A DNA stretch of 64,000 bases from contig JBNKBE010000014.1 of assembly GCA_050287085.1 (NCBI GenBank), forward strand, positions 32,001 to 96,000, given 5' to 3'. Made by a program: the position numbers and the translations under genes. The stretch comes from Polyangiaceae bacterium (GTDB taxonomy: Bacteria > Myxococcota_A > Polyangia > Polyangiales > Polyangiaceae). This document shows, piece by piece, positions 28,837-39,322 of the stretch. Position 1 is the first letter of the stretch. Each line of letters begins with the position of its first letter. The notes beneath the pieces were generated by a model. The model did no database searches and was not told the origin of the DNA. It saw only the letters and a list, made by a program, of their open reading frames with translations.

Positions 28837-29967
28837 CTAGGGCCGCGCCACAACGCTCGCTGGCCGGCCACAAAGCAGTCGCCGCGCATTGCCGGCCAAT
28901 ATGCGCTGCACCGCGGACGACGAAAACCCGTCCGCACGTAGAGCTCGGGCCAGGCGCGGAAAAGCGCGGACGTCTTCCAGACCCGCTGGCGGGCGGATCC
29001 CCCCTTCGAAGTCGGAACCAATCCCCACGTGGTCAATCCCGGCGACGCGCGCAATGTGGCGAATGTGCCGGACCACATCCTCGAGCCTGGCCGACCCGGC
29101 ACTACCTATCAGAAACGGTGCGTGAAAGTTCACTCCGACCACGCCACCGCTTGCCCCAATAGCTCGAAGCTGCTGATCGCTGAGGTTGCGTGTGTGGGGG
29201 GCCATGGCGCGCGAGTTCGAATGAGTCGCCACGACAGGCCGCCCCTCGAAGCGCGCTTCGATAAGGATATCGTCGAAGGCCCGATCCGACGCGTGCGAGA
29301 CGTCGATGATAGCCCCGGTCGCGTGGAGCCGTCGCACCACTTCTCGCCCCAACTCCGAAAGCCCGGCCTGCGTGCGCCTGGCCTGGAAGCCATAGCCGGC
29401 AGATGACGCCAGAATGTTGTCATGAGCATGCACCAGTCCGGCCGTTCTCAAGCCACGCCGGCCCCAGCGCCAAACGCTCTCGAGCTCATCTCCCAGAGGC
29501 GCGGCCCCTTCGAAGGCCCAGAACACTCCAACTCCCGAGGCTTGGCGGCAGGGTTCCAGACGATAGGGGGGCGTCTCGGGCACAAGCGCCAGCATCCGCT
29601 GATAACTCGCCTCCAGGTCGCGTAACCGTGGCCCGCGTGGACTCACCTCGTGCGGCACGTAGAGGGGTAAGACCACTCCCTCAACCCCTGCATTTTCAAG
29701 CCAACCGGCCACGTACTGGCCTTGCCCCCGGTTCAAAGTGCGCTGCTTATAACCAACCTGGTAGGGCAGGTCGACGTGTAGGTCTATCACGCCGAAGCGC
29801 TCAGTGAGTGAAACGCTTCCGCCAACTGGAAGCGCCAACGTGAGGGCCGTCGCCAAGGCGGCCACGACCCCCCAGGTGGCCCGCACGAGCGAACGCGTCG
29901 CAAGGCTCGGACGTGGCGTCGCACGCCCCCCCTTGGAGTCCGAAAAGTATGCCAAACCACTCAACAT
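28837..29967 (-). CDS. Membrane dipeptidase (peptidase M19)
   Basis: DLHVD, FEGA, DVSHAS, ATHSN, GIGSDFEG; N-terminal hydrophobic segment. Confidence 0.9.
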   Translation of the reverse strand: MLSGLAYFSDSKGGRATPRPSLATRSLVRATWGVVAALATALTLALPVGGSVSLTERFGVIDLHVDLPYQVGYKQRTLNRGQGQYVAGWLENAGVEGVVLPLYVPHEVSPRGPRLRDLEASYQRMLALVPETPPYRLEPCRQASGVGVFWAFEGAAPLGDELESVWRWGRRGLRTAGLVHAHDNILASSAGYGFQARRTQAGLSELGREVVRRLHATGAIIDVSHASDRAFDDILIEARFEGRPVVATHSNSRAMAPHTRNLSDQQLRAIGASGGVVGVNFHAPFLIGSAGSARLEDVVRHIRHIARVAGIDHVGIGSDFEGGIRPPAGLEDVRAFPRLARALRADGFSSSAVQRILAGNARRLLCGRPASVVARP

Positions 29968-30116
29968 CCGTGTCAGTATACTCGTAACAGAGACGGGACT
30001 ATCCCACGCGTCTTGCACGCTGGCTCCCGCCCCGGCGAAGGGCTTCGGCCCAACGTCGCTCGCCTTTGGATCCTCATGCTCTCCGGCTCGAGATCGGAGA
30101 GACTCGCACAGATACG

Positions 30117-33100
30117 ATGAGCAAACAACTCGACTCAAACCCTTCCACGCTCGAACCTACCGACGAAACAGAAGCTTTCAGCGACGCCTTCTCAGCGGCA
30201 CGGAGCGAACCCAGCAACGAAGGGCATTGGGACGCGGTCGACGAACACGCTCGAAGAGTCGACGCTCCCGAAGACGCAGAAGCTCTGTATCTCGAAGTTC
30301 TTGAGCAGGACCTCGACAAGCCGACGCTGGGGCTGCTGGGGCAGCGAGCGGTCAACTTCCTCGAAGAATGGTACGAGGATACCGATCGCTCCATCGCGAT
30401 TCTGAACAAGCTACTCCGCAAGGACTGGGAGAACTCGTGGGCGCTCGAAAAACTCAGCCTCTTGCTGACGTTGGCTGAACGCTGGGACGACCTGCTGGGA
30501 ACCTACGACGAGGCGCTCGCCGCCGCTGATACGGCATCGCAGAAAGCCGGCCTGCTCGAAGAAGCCGCGCGCATCGCGAAAGATTTTGCCGGGCAAGCCC
30601 AGCGCGCCAGCGCCTATCTCAAAGAACTGCTCCTGCTCAAACCAGACGACGACAAGCTGTCGGCTTCGCTGGAACGCCGCCTGGAACAGCAGGAACGCTA
30701 TGCGGACTTGGTCGACGTGTGGTCGGCACGCCTTGCTGTGGTTGACGAGCCTTCGGAGCTCCTGCTCCGAACGCGCATCGCCGAGACCCAGCTTTCCCAG
30801 CTGAAGAACGCCCAAGCTTCTCTGCACAGCGTCAAGGAGCTCCTGGCGCGCGGTATCGGCGAAACCGACGCCTGCCGCCTGCTGGAAGGCATCACAGAAT
30901 CCGCAGCCGCCGACATCCACGCACGACGAGAAGCGTTGGATATCCTGCGCCAGCGCTATGCGAAGCTGGAACGCCCTCTCGACGTCATTCGAGCGCTCGA
31001 ACGAGCCCTCGACCTAGCGCCTGACGACGATGCACGCATCCTCACGAATCAACGGCTGGTGACATGGCTACTGCAAGCGGACCGGCAGTCGGACGCGCTT
31101 GCAGCGGCGGCTCGCTGGCTCAGGCTCTCGCCCGGCGCTGAGGACGCCCTTGAACAGCTTAGGGCGCTAGCTTCAGCGACCGGCCAACACTCACGCTTCG
31201 CCGACGCCCTAGTCCAGGCCGCCGAAACAACAGGAAGCACCGACCTTCGTGTACGCCTCCTGCTTGAGGCCGCCGAGAGCCTGCAAGAGCAGGCGAAGGA
31301 AGCGGATGCGGCCTGTGCGCTTTTCGGTCGCGTACTGGACGACTCGGAAGCCAACACCGATGGTAAGCTTCGAGCCGCACGCAGACTGACGAGCATTTTG
31401 ACGCTCGACGCCCAACGCGGTCAACGGCTGGACGTCCTCGAGAAGTATGCAGCATTGGAGCCCGACGCCGCCATTCGAATGGAGCTTCTAGCCGAAGCGG
31501 CGAGGTTGTCCGAGGGCTTTGGCGACGACGAGCGGGCGTTGAAACTTTGGGACGCCCGCTTGCTTCTGGAACCGGGCGACGCGCAGGCGGTCGACGCCAA
31601 AATCGCGCTTCTGGATCGCGTCAAGAGATTCCCTGAGCTGCGGGCCACACTGTTGGTTCGCTACGGTACCCAGCGAGGCAGTGCAAGCCAGCGCGCCGAC
31701 CTAGTTCGCATTGCTGGACTCGACGAACACGAGCTCGGCGATCGGAGTGCGGCGATCGCAACGTGGCGACAAGTCGAAGAGGTATTCGAGCCCAACGCAG
31801 AAACCGTGGATTCCCTGTGCCGACTGTTACACGCGGAGCAGCATTGGGACGATCTGGTTGCACTACTCGAACGCGCCATCAAACAAGAGAGCGACGCGAC
31901 CCGCAAGACGACACACTACGGCGACCTCGGTCGCGTTTGCGCCGAGCAAAGGGGTGAACTCACGCGCGCCGTGAAAGCCTACGAAAGCGCCCTGGCCATC
32001 GATCCGCGCTATGAACTAGCGCGCGACGGCTTGCAACGGCTGCTCGACGAAGAGTCAGTCCGCTACATGGCGGCGGAAACACTTGCCGGAGCCTACGAAG
32101 CCGCCGACGAATGGCAACTCTTGCTCGACATCGCCGAGACGCGTCTCAACGCGGAGCCGAATCCGACGTCTCGACAAGCCATCTTGCTGCAGGCCGCCGA
32201 GCTATTGGAACAGAAGGCAGACAACAGCCCGGAAGCCCTGAAGTACGTCGAGCGCGCCTTCTCGATACACCCGCTAGCCCAGATCGAGGAGCGGATGGTG
32301 TCGCTTGCCGAGAGCACCAACAATTGGGAGACGGCTGTCAGCGGGTACCAGCGCGCGCTACGCCACTGCGACGACCTCGCCCGCACCACCGAGCTATTGT
32401 ACGAACAAGGTCGGACGCTCGAGATTCACCTCCGGAGCTACGATGGCGCCCTTGGCGCGTACGTTCGGATTCTGGAGTTGGAACCAGAACACGGCAGGGC
32501 GGCTTGTGCGGCAGTGCGCAGCGCCGGTCACCTAGGTCAGTGGTCTAGCGTGGGCTGGGCCATATTGCGCTCGGCAGCTGCGGCCAAAGCCCTGTCACCT
32601 GAGCTGCTCGACGAATTCGAACGCTCCGCGGCCCTCCATGACGCATGGGTAGCGGCGCTCGCCGCACTGCGGGAGGCGATTGACATTAGTGCCGACCCCA
32701 ACAATACCGCTGGGCTGGAGCCGCTTACTCCGCGCACTTCCCACGACGTTAAGTTCCAGCTTGCAAGGTGGTATGCCGAGCAAGTCTCGGACCCGCTCAA
32801 CGCCGAAACGGTGCTAGCAGAGGCGGTCACCGAACACAAATCGGAACCTAGCCTGAGAATGCTGTGCGGCCTTCGCCGACAAGCGCCCGGACGTCCTCTG
32901 GTCGCCAGTTTGCTAGAGCTGGCGGAAGTCGTGGACGAGCCCCTGTCGTCGTTCGCTGAAGCCTCGAGAGTGGCACAAGATGTTGTCGCCGATCCCGAGT
33001 TATCAACCCCAATCTTGCATCGAACCCTTGAGCTTGCAGACGCCAAGCTAAGTGAAGGACCCACCGAGGATCTCCAGGCCACCGCTACTTGGTGCGTCCA

Positions 33101-36100
33101 ACAACTGGTCGCGGTGTACAGCTCCAGCGAGCGTCACGCTAAAGCACTCGAGGTGCTGGAGCATAGCTCCACCATGAATATCGGAAGCGAACTCCAGCTA
33201 GACTTCCGGCATCAGGCGGCCGAACTCGCAGCTGGACCGCTTGCCAACCCCACACGCGCCATCGCGCTCTGCAAACAAGTGCTCGAACGCGATCCGGCGC
33301 GAAGCAGCACCATTGGTTTGCTGGCTGGACTCTACGAGGCCGAAAATCAGCTACCCGAGTTGTTGGAGCTCCGGCAGCACGAACTGAAGCTGAAACCGTC
33401 CCTAGAGCGACGGCTAGAATTGCGTCTGGACGTGGCGCGCGTTCTGGGAGCGCTCAACAAGCCTCAAGGACAGCAGCTCGAGCGCTTGACCGCCAATCTG
33501 GAAGAAGCTCCCGGACATGAGGCAACACTTGAGGCGCTGAGCGGCCTGTACACGGAGCTCGGGCAGTTTGACAAGCTCTACAAATTGTTGAGCGCGCAGG
33601 CGGAACGACTCGTCGATGCGAAGGATGAGCCCCGCGCTGCCGCGCTATACGCTCGAGCGGGCGAACTCGCTGAGCAAAGTCTCGAAAGTGCCGCCGCAGC
33701 GCTGAAGGCGTACGGTCTATCCGCTGCGCTGGCCCCTTCGGTGGTCGTTTTGGATCGCTTGGCCGCGTTGAATGAAGACCGAGAAGAGTTCCCGACCGCC
33801 GTCAAGTGGCTCGACCAGCGGCTCGAACTCACGCCCAGCGACGATCTCGAAGCTAAACGAACGACGCTTGTTCGGTTGGGCAAGGCGCTAGCCTGCGCAG
33901 GTCACTCCGAGCGAGCCATCTCCGAGCTGAGCCAGGGCCTAGCCAGCGACGAGGCAGCAGAAGAAGTCCGCGAATTGCTCGCGACCCTCCACGAAGAGCG
34001 TCGCCAATGGGCGGAGCTGGCCAACGTACTGGCGTCCGGCGTCCCATTCGCGAAGCATCAGGAGACACGCATGCGGTACCTCACAAGGGCCGCTGAAATC
34101 CGCTGGCACAAGCTGGGCGACGTCGCCGCCGCAAGTCCATTGCTCGCCGATGCGCTGGACCTCGATCCAGACGACAAGCAGCTCAAGCTTGAGCTCGCCG
34201 AGGCCTGGCGTCTAGAAAAGCGTTACGATGAGTCAAAATCGCTGCTCGACGCGCTGCTGACGGAGTTCGGAAGACGCCGGACACCGGAGCGCGCGACTGT
34301 GCACTTTCAGCTTGCGCAGATTGCGCGCGCTCAGAGCCAACTCGACCAGGCGCTGTCGCAACTCGATGCGGCTTCGACGATCCAGCGCAGCGATCCATTG
34401 ATTCTCAAGACTCTGGGCGACGTGGCTCGAGAGAACGGCGAGCTCGACCGCGCGGAACGCGCATACCGCGCCTTGCTGCTCTTGGTCTCCCGCGGCGACG
34501 CGTCCGTCGCCAGTCGTTCCGATATCGGCTCTAGCTCGATATTGTTTGAACTCTACCGCCTCGCAACCGACAAGGATGACACAGAACGAGCGCGGGACCT
34601 GTTGGAATCGGCGCTCGAAGCAGCCGACGAAAACCCCGTGGAAGCTCGTCGCCTGGAAAAGGCCTTGGCTCAGGCCGGCAAGTGGGAGCTGCTACTGGAA
34701 GCCGTGGCGCGGCGGGCGTCCGCAGCGGAGAGCACCGACGAGCAACTGGAAATCGGCAAGCTTAGGGCACGAGCGTTGAAGGAGCTCGGGCGCTATGACG
34801 CGGCCTACACTCTGTGCGCGGACTTGTTGCCGGACGTGCCCGAGGATGAGGAGTTGTTCAACCTGACCTCGGAGTTGGCAACACTCAGTTCGAACACGGA
34901 TATGCTTCGGGCTCTGGTAGCGCGGGTGGCAGCCGCCCAAGAAACGAAGGCCCCAGAACTCGCCTGCCAACTTTGGCTGCAGCTGGGCGCCGCCGTTGAG
35001 GCTGACGGCGCCATGCAACTCGCTGCCGAGTACTATCAGGCAGCTCAAAGAACGGGGCGGAAACCCAAAGCCAGCTTCGAGGCGCTCGCCCACGTTCTCG
35101 AGACTCTGGGCGACCGTGACGCCTTGATCAGCGCTTTGAATCGGCTGCTCGAAACCGATGAAGGAGCTCTGGGCCAGAAATATGTCGTGGCTGCCCGCTA
35201 TCGGCTCGCAAGCTTGGCCTTGCAGGAACCAAGCCGAGCCGAAGCTGGCGTCCAGTTCTTGGCGGAAGCGCTGCAGGTTGCTCCAGATTGGCAACAGGCC
35301 TATGAGCTACTTGTGAGCTCAGCTGCGTCTGTCCGCGACAGCGAGCTCGCCGCCGAACTCCTGATGCATGCCGCCGAACGATTGGGAAGTCCCGAACACC
35401 AACTGGAGGCCGCCCTCCTGATCGCAAGGACCCCGTTTTCGACCCTTGAGCAGTTGGAAACGGCATGTCGGCACGCGCGCCATCTGGAACGCGGGGATGA
35501 TGAGCTCACCTTATTGGAAGCGGCCGTCGCCCTCGGAAAGCAAGCGGGCGACCGCGGCCAAGCGCGCTGGGCGTTGTCACGCCTGTCCGCGCGCCGAATC
35601 GAACGAGGCGAATACCAACCGGCAGCCTCTTTGCTCGAGGCTTGTGTCGCCGACGCCGAAGGCGACGCGCGCATCGAGTACGCCACTCAGCTGGCCGAGC
35701 TACAGCGCACCCAACTGGGCAGCCCCATGCTAGCGGCGACCACCTATGAGAAGCTTGCCGCTGAGTTTCCGGAAGACCCGCGTGCATGGCAGCCCCTGCT
35801 GCAGATCTATCGAGAGCATGATGCGCGAGAGCCACTCGAAGCTTGTCTAGCGCGAGCCGAAGCACACGTTGTGGACGAGTCCGAGCGACTGCTCCTTCAA
35901 CTCGAGCGTCTGCGCTTGATGATCGAGGGTGGCAACTACGATACCGCCGAGCGTGCCCTGCGAACTTTGATGGCACGCCGTCCGGACAGCGCGGAAGTGG
36001 GTGACCTACTGATCGAGCTCTTGGAGAAGACGGAGCGTCCCGCAGCGATCCGCTCTCTGCTCCAGGAACGACTGGAATACGCCGCCGCCAATCAGCTCGA

Positions 36101-37946
36101 TGAGTTGGTTGTAGCGTGCGCATTGCGATTGGGAGCCATGCTCGAGCAAGACAATGACGTCCCCGGCGCCGTCGATGTCTACCGCAACGCACGCAATAGT
36201 GTCAGTGGCGATCGCCTGCTGTTGAGCGCACTGCTACGCCTTGTCCCCGAAGGCGAACAACATGAACGCGCCGACCTGCTGGAAAGCTTGTTGCCCACTG
36301 AAAGCCCAGAGGCGGTCGAGCAGGTTGCGCTGAAGCTCGCCGGGCTGCGCACCGAGTTGAACGACGAAACGGGTATGGAGCGAGCTCTAGAACTGGGGTT
36401 CAAGCTCAACCCAAAGAGCGCTGAATTGCGCGATCGCCTGGAACAATGGTATCTCGACCGCGAGGACTGGTTGCCCCTAGCCGAGCTGATGACGCTGGAC
36501 GCCGAAACGCTCCCTGAATCGGCGGAGGCGCTGCTGCGTTTCCAGCAAGCAGCCCAAATCTACGACGACAAGCTCGGCGATGCCGTATCGGCGGCAAACG
36601 TGCTGAAGCTTGCGTTGAAGCGAGCGCCGACGTCACCGCAGGTGCTCGAGCTATTCGCGCAGTACCAGCTAACAGCGGGAGCCGGCGAACTGGCCCTTGA
36701 TGCCATCACAGACGCCCTCGTACACGATGACATCAGCGACGAGAGCCGCGCACTGCTGCATCACCTACGGGCCGCGGTGCGAGCCCGTTCCGACGAACAC
36801 TCGCTGACAGCGGTAGCTCGCGCCGTGGCGGACCTCGATCGCGCCAGAGAGCTCGGGGGGCAAGAGCTGGACGATGACCTTCAAGCTCTACTGCTGCGCC
36901 AACGAGAGCTTGCCGAAATGGAGGGGAACGCCGACATGGAGCGTGGCCTGGTCGTCCGCCTGGCAGACTTCATGTTGGAGCGAGAGCTTGCCAACGAGGC
37001 TCGGGATGTCTTGGGACACTGGGTCAAGCGTCACGCAGAAGACAAAGAGAGTGCAGTGCGCTGGGCCAAGCTGAGCATGGATCTCAGCCACTGGCACGAT
37101 GCGATGGCCGCATATCGGCTCTTGTTCGGCCTCACGACGGGGGACCAACGACGCGAGGCTGCAATCCACTTTGCCGAGGCCTGTGAACACGCGGGTGTCC
37201 CAATGACGGCGCGGGACATTCTGCTTGAGGCGCGACGAGAGTTTGCGCTCGATACGGAACTCCAGGAGCGGGTGTTTCGTATGTACGACACCGCTGGCGC
37301 CCAGGCGGAGCTCGCCCGAATTCTGCTCGACGAAGCTCAAGAGGCTAGCGATTCCGATGTACGTTACGCCCTCTTTGCCAACGCTGGAGCCCTGCTGTTG
37401 AGAAGCCAAGAGCCGAGCGAACTCGGCGTAGAAGCATTCAAAGAAGCGCTCGCATTGCGAGCGGATGACCATGCCGCCCTCGTGGGCCTCGCCAACTCCT
37501 ACACCAGGGTGGGACAGATCGCCGAAGCATGCTCCTTGCTGGAAGAAGCGATCAAGCTGCATGGCAAGCGTCGCTCGCCGGAGTTATCCGAACTGCAACA
37601 CGCCATGGCCAATGTGGCCGACGCCGCGGGGGACGACGAGGGGCGTTTTGCGTGGCTCGATGCGGCTCTACAAAGCGACCGACGCAACGGCGCGGTAGCG
37701 TCGGAACTGGCCGCCTTCGCCATGGAGCGGGGTGAATACGATGCGGCGCTGCTCGCCCTACAACGCATCGTGGGTATGCGAGAGGACTGCCCCATGAGCC
37801 GCGCAGAGGCCTATTTGCGACAAGGGATGATCGCTCAAGAGCGCGGCGACAAGAAGAAGGCGCTGCTGCTTGCCAAGCGAGCTCTCAGCATGGACGCCGA
37901 CTATGAGCCAGCGGTGCAGTTTCTCGAACAACTTGGTCGCGTGTAG
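30117..37946 (+). CDS. Giant TPR-repeat protein (~2600 aa)
   Basis: Dozens of helical repeats such as AVKAYESALAIDP, ALGAYVRILELEP, LERAIKQE; no signal peptide. Confidence 0.88.
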   Translation: MSKQLDSNPSTLEPTDETEAFSDAFSAARSEPSNEGHWDAVDEHARRVDAPEDAEALYLEVLEQDLDKPTLGLLGQRAVNFLEEWYEDTDRSIAILNKLLRKDWENSWALEKLSLLLTLAERWDDLLGTYDEALAAADTASQKAGLLEEAARIAKDFAGQAQRASAYLKELLLLKPDDDKLSASLERRLEQQERYADLVDVWSARLAVVDEPSELLLRTRIAETQLSQLKNAQASLHSVKELLARGIGETDACRLLEGITESAAADIHARREALDILRQRYAKLERPLDVIRALERALDLAPDDDARILTNQRLVTWLLQADRQSDALAAAARWLRLSPGAEDALEQLRALASATGQHSRFADALVQAAETTGSTDLRVRLLLEAAESLQEQAKEADAACALFGRVLDDSEANTDGKLRAARRLTSILTLDAQRGQRLDVLEKYAALEPDAAIRMELLAEAARLSEGFGDDERALKLWDARLLLEPGDAQAVDAKIALLDRVKRFPELRATLLVRYGTQRGSASQRADLVRIAGLDEHELGDRSAAIATWRQVEEVFEPNAETVDSLCRLLHAEQHWDDLVALLERAIKQESDATRKTTHYGDLGRVCAEQRGELTRAVKAYESALAIDPRYELARDGLQRLLDEESVRYMAAETLAGAYEAADEWQLLLDIAETRLNAEPNPTSRQAILLQAAELLEQKADNSPEALKYVERAFSIHPLAQIEERMVSLAESTNNWETAVSGYQRALRHCDDLARTTELLYEQGRTLEIHLRSYDGALGAYVRILELEPEHGRAACAAVRSAGHLGQWSSVGWAILRSAAAAKALSPELLDEFERSAALHDAWVAALAALREAIDISADPNNTAGLEPLTPRTSHDVKFQLARWYAEQVSDPLNAETVLAEAVTEHKSEPSLRMLCGLRRQAPGRPLVASLLELAEVVDEPLSSFAEASRVAQDVVADPELSTPILHRTLELADAKLSEGPTEDLQATATWCVQQLVAVYSSSERHAKALEVLEHSSTMNIGSELQLDFRHQAAELAAGPLANPTRAIALCKQVLERDPARSSTIGLLAGLYEAENQLPELLELRQHELKLKPSLERRLELRLDVARVLGALNKPQGQQLERLTANLEEAPGHEATLEALSGLYTELGQFDKLYKLLSAQAERLVDAKDEPRAAALYARAGELAEQSLESAAAALKAYGLSAALAPSVVVLDRLAALNEDREEFPTAVKWLDQRLELTPSDDLEAKRTTLVRLGKALACAGHSERAISELSQGLASDEAAEEVRELLATLHEERRQWAELANVLASGVPFAKHQETRMRYLTRAAEIRWHKLGDVAAASPLLADALDLDPDDKQLKLELAEAWRLEKRYDESKSLLDALLTEFGRRRTPERATVHFQLAQIARAQSQLDQALSQLDAASTIQRSDPLILKTLGDVARENGELDRAERAYRALLLLVSRGDASVASRSDIGSSSILFELYRLATDKDDTERARDLLESALEAADENPVEARRLEKALAQAGKWELLLEAVARRASAAESTDEQLEIGKLRARALKELGRYDAAYTLCADLLPDVPEDEELFNLTSELATLSSNTDMLRALVARVAAAQETKAPELACQLWLQLGAAVEADGAMQLAAEYYQAAQRTGRKPKASFEALAHVLETLGDRDALISALNRLLETDEGALGQKYVVAARYRLASLALQEPSRAEAGVQFLAEALQVAPDWQQAYELLVSSAASVRDSELAAELLMHAAERLGSPEHQLEAALLIARTPFSTLEQLETACRHARHLERGDDELTLLEAAVALGKQAGDRGQARWALSRLSARRIERGEYQPAASLLEACVADAEGDARIEYATQLAELQRTQLGSPMLAATTYEKLAAEFPEDPRAWQPLLQIYREHDAREPLEACLARAEAHVVDESERLLLQLERLRLMIEGGNYDTAERALRTLMARRPDSAEVGDLLIELLEKTERPAAIRSLLQERLEYAAANQLDELVVACALRLGAMLEQDNDVPGAVDVYRNARNSVSGDRLLLSALLRLVPEGEQHERADLLESLLPTESPEAVEQVALKLAGLRTELNDETGMERALELGFKLNPKSAELRDRLEQWYLDREDWLPLAELMTLDAETLPESAEALLRFQQAAQIYDDKLGDAVSAANVLKLALKRAPTSPQVLELFAQYQLTAGAGELALDAITDALVHDDISDESRALLHHLRAAVRARSDEHSLTAVARAVADLDRARELGGQELDDDLQALLLRQRELAEMEGNADMERGLVVRLADFMLERELANEARDVLGHWVKRHAEDKESAVRWAKLSMDLSHWHDAMAAYRLLFGLTTGDQRREAAIHFAEACEHAGVPMTARDILLEARREFALDTELQERVFRMYDTAGAQAELARILLDEAQEASDSDVRYALFANAGALLLRSQEPSELGVEAFKEALALRADDHAALVGLANSYTRVGQIAEACSLLEEAIKLHGKRRSPELSELQHAMANVADAAGDDEGRFAWLDAALQSDRRNGAVASELAAFAMERGEYDAALLALQRIVGMREDCPMSRAEAYLRQGMIAQERGDKKKALLLAKRALSMDADYEPAVQFLEQLGRV

Positions 37947-37957
37947 CCACGACTGAC

Positions 37958-37990
37958 GCCAGGGCGTGTCGTTCGTCAACACGTCCTGGC
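37958..37990. terminator. Hairpin between the convergent TPR gene and dapA
   Basis: 12-bp stem gccagggcgtgt/acacgtcctggc (one G-U), 9-nt loop. Confidence 0.55.
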
Positions 37991-37998
37991 CGAGAGCC

Positions 37999-39063
37999 CT
38001 ACTCTCGCTGTGAAAGAGCCGTCCACACCCTATCGTCGCCCAGCCGTTCTTCCACAGAAACGCCAAATGCCAACTCGAGGGGCGCAAAGAAACTCGGCTC
38101 AGCTACAAACACCTGACTCAACGCGGCCCGAGCCACGGCAACAGCGGCCTCGCTCATCAGTCCGAGCGGGGCGCGAAAGGTGGGCGACAACATGCCAAGT
38201 CCCGCCATTATCGTCTTGACCGGCACCGGATTGCGATAGCGGTCACTCGTCGGAAGCCGCCGCCCATCCGGCAACGTCCGCTCGGCGGCGCTTACGATCG
38301 TCAAGACTTGGAAGAGAGGCAACAGCGCTTGATGAATGTGCTCCGCTTTCTCACTGTTCCCCGCGCTCTGAGCGGAAACCAAGTCACAGAGTGCCCCCGG
38401 AACGATATTGGACATCACGCTGATGACCCCGGAAGCGCCGATTCCAGTGTCCTGCATCATGCGCAACGTGAGCTCATCGTCGCCCGACAGCACAGCGAGC
38501 GTAGGTCCGGCAGCCTCTCGATCGGCCCGCATTCGCTCGAGGTCACCGGTTGCCGACTTGAGTGCAGGCACGCGTTCCGGATACGTCAAATGCAGCAGGG
38601 CTACGTCCGCCGCCGACAAGGCACACCCCGTCCGCCCCGGAATGACGTATGGCACCACGGGAACCTCCGGTACCGCACCCAGCACTCGTTCATAATACTC
38701 GCGTCGCAGCTCAGCGGAGCTCGGACCATTGTAGTAGCAGTCCACCAATAACACGGCATCCGCGCCGCGCGACCACGCGTCGCGAGCACCCGCGATGGCC
38801 TCTTCCGTGCTGTTGCTGCCCGCGCCCGCCATGACGGACGCGCGTCCCCGCGCTCGCCGCACCGACAAGGCCACGGCTGCGCCGTGCTCTTCCCAGCTCA
38901 GGGTGGCGGACTCCCCCGTCGTACCGCAGGGCACCAGCCCCTGGACACCGGCGGCCAGCTGAAACTCGAGGAGCTTGGCAAATGTGGCGGCGTCAAAGCT
39001 CCCGTCCGAGGCAAATGGGGTGACCAGCGCGGTCCAAACACCACTGGGTCTAAACTGTGTCAT
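37999..39063 (-). CDS. dapA: 4-hydroxy-tetrahydrodipicolinate synthase family protein
   Basis: ALVTPF, GTTGES, GAGSNST, YYN, IPGRTG, LKSATG (Schiff-base Lys), LSGDD, NPVPVK. Confidence 0.85.
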   Translation of the reverse strand: MTQFRPSGVWTALVTPFASDGSFDAATFAKLLEFQLAAGVQGLVPCGTTGESATLSWEEHGAAVALSVRRARGRASVMAGAGSNSTEEAIAGARDAWSRGADAVLLVDCYYNGPSSAELRREYYERVLGAVPEVPVVPYVIPGRTGCALSAADVALLHLTYPERVPALKSATGDLERMRADREAAGPTLAVLSGDDELTLRMMQDTGIGASGVISVMSNIVPGALCDLVSAQSAGNSEKAEHIHQALLPLFQVLTIVSAAERTLPDGRRLPTSDRYRNPVPVKTIMAGLGMLSPTFRAPLGLMSEAAVAVARAALSQVFVAEPSFFAPLELAFGVSVEERLGDDRVWTALSQRE

Positions 39064-39322
39064 CGTCAGATAGCCTTTCGCGAGCCTCGCCAGCTTTGGC
39101 GGCGCGTTCGACCTGTCCAACGCCGGCCCAGGGCGATTGCGAGGCCCCGGGCGGTGATTGGGAGAACGAGCGACGACGCGCTTTCGCTGAATCGGCGCCC
39201 GAAGTACCACAACGGGCCGAAAGTTCAAGCACGACCATGGCGCAGCACCAAGTCGACGAGGGGACGAGCCCAACACCGTTCCCTAGCCCGACGGCTGCTC
39301 GACCCCCGCAGACAAGACCAGC

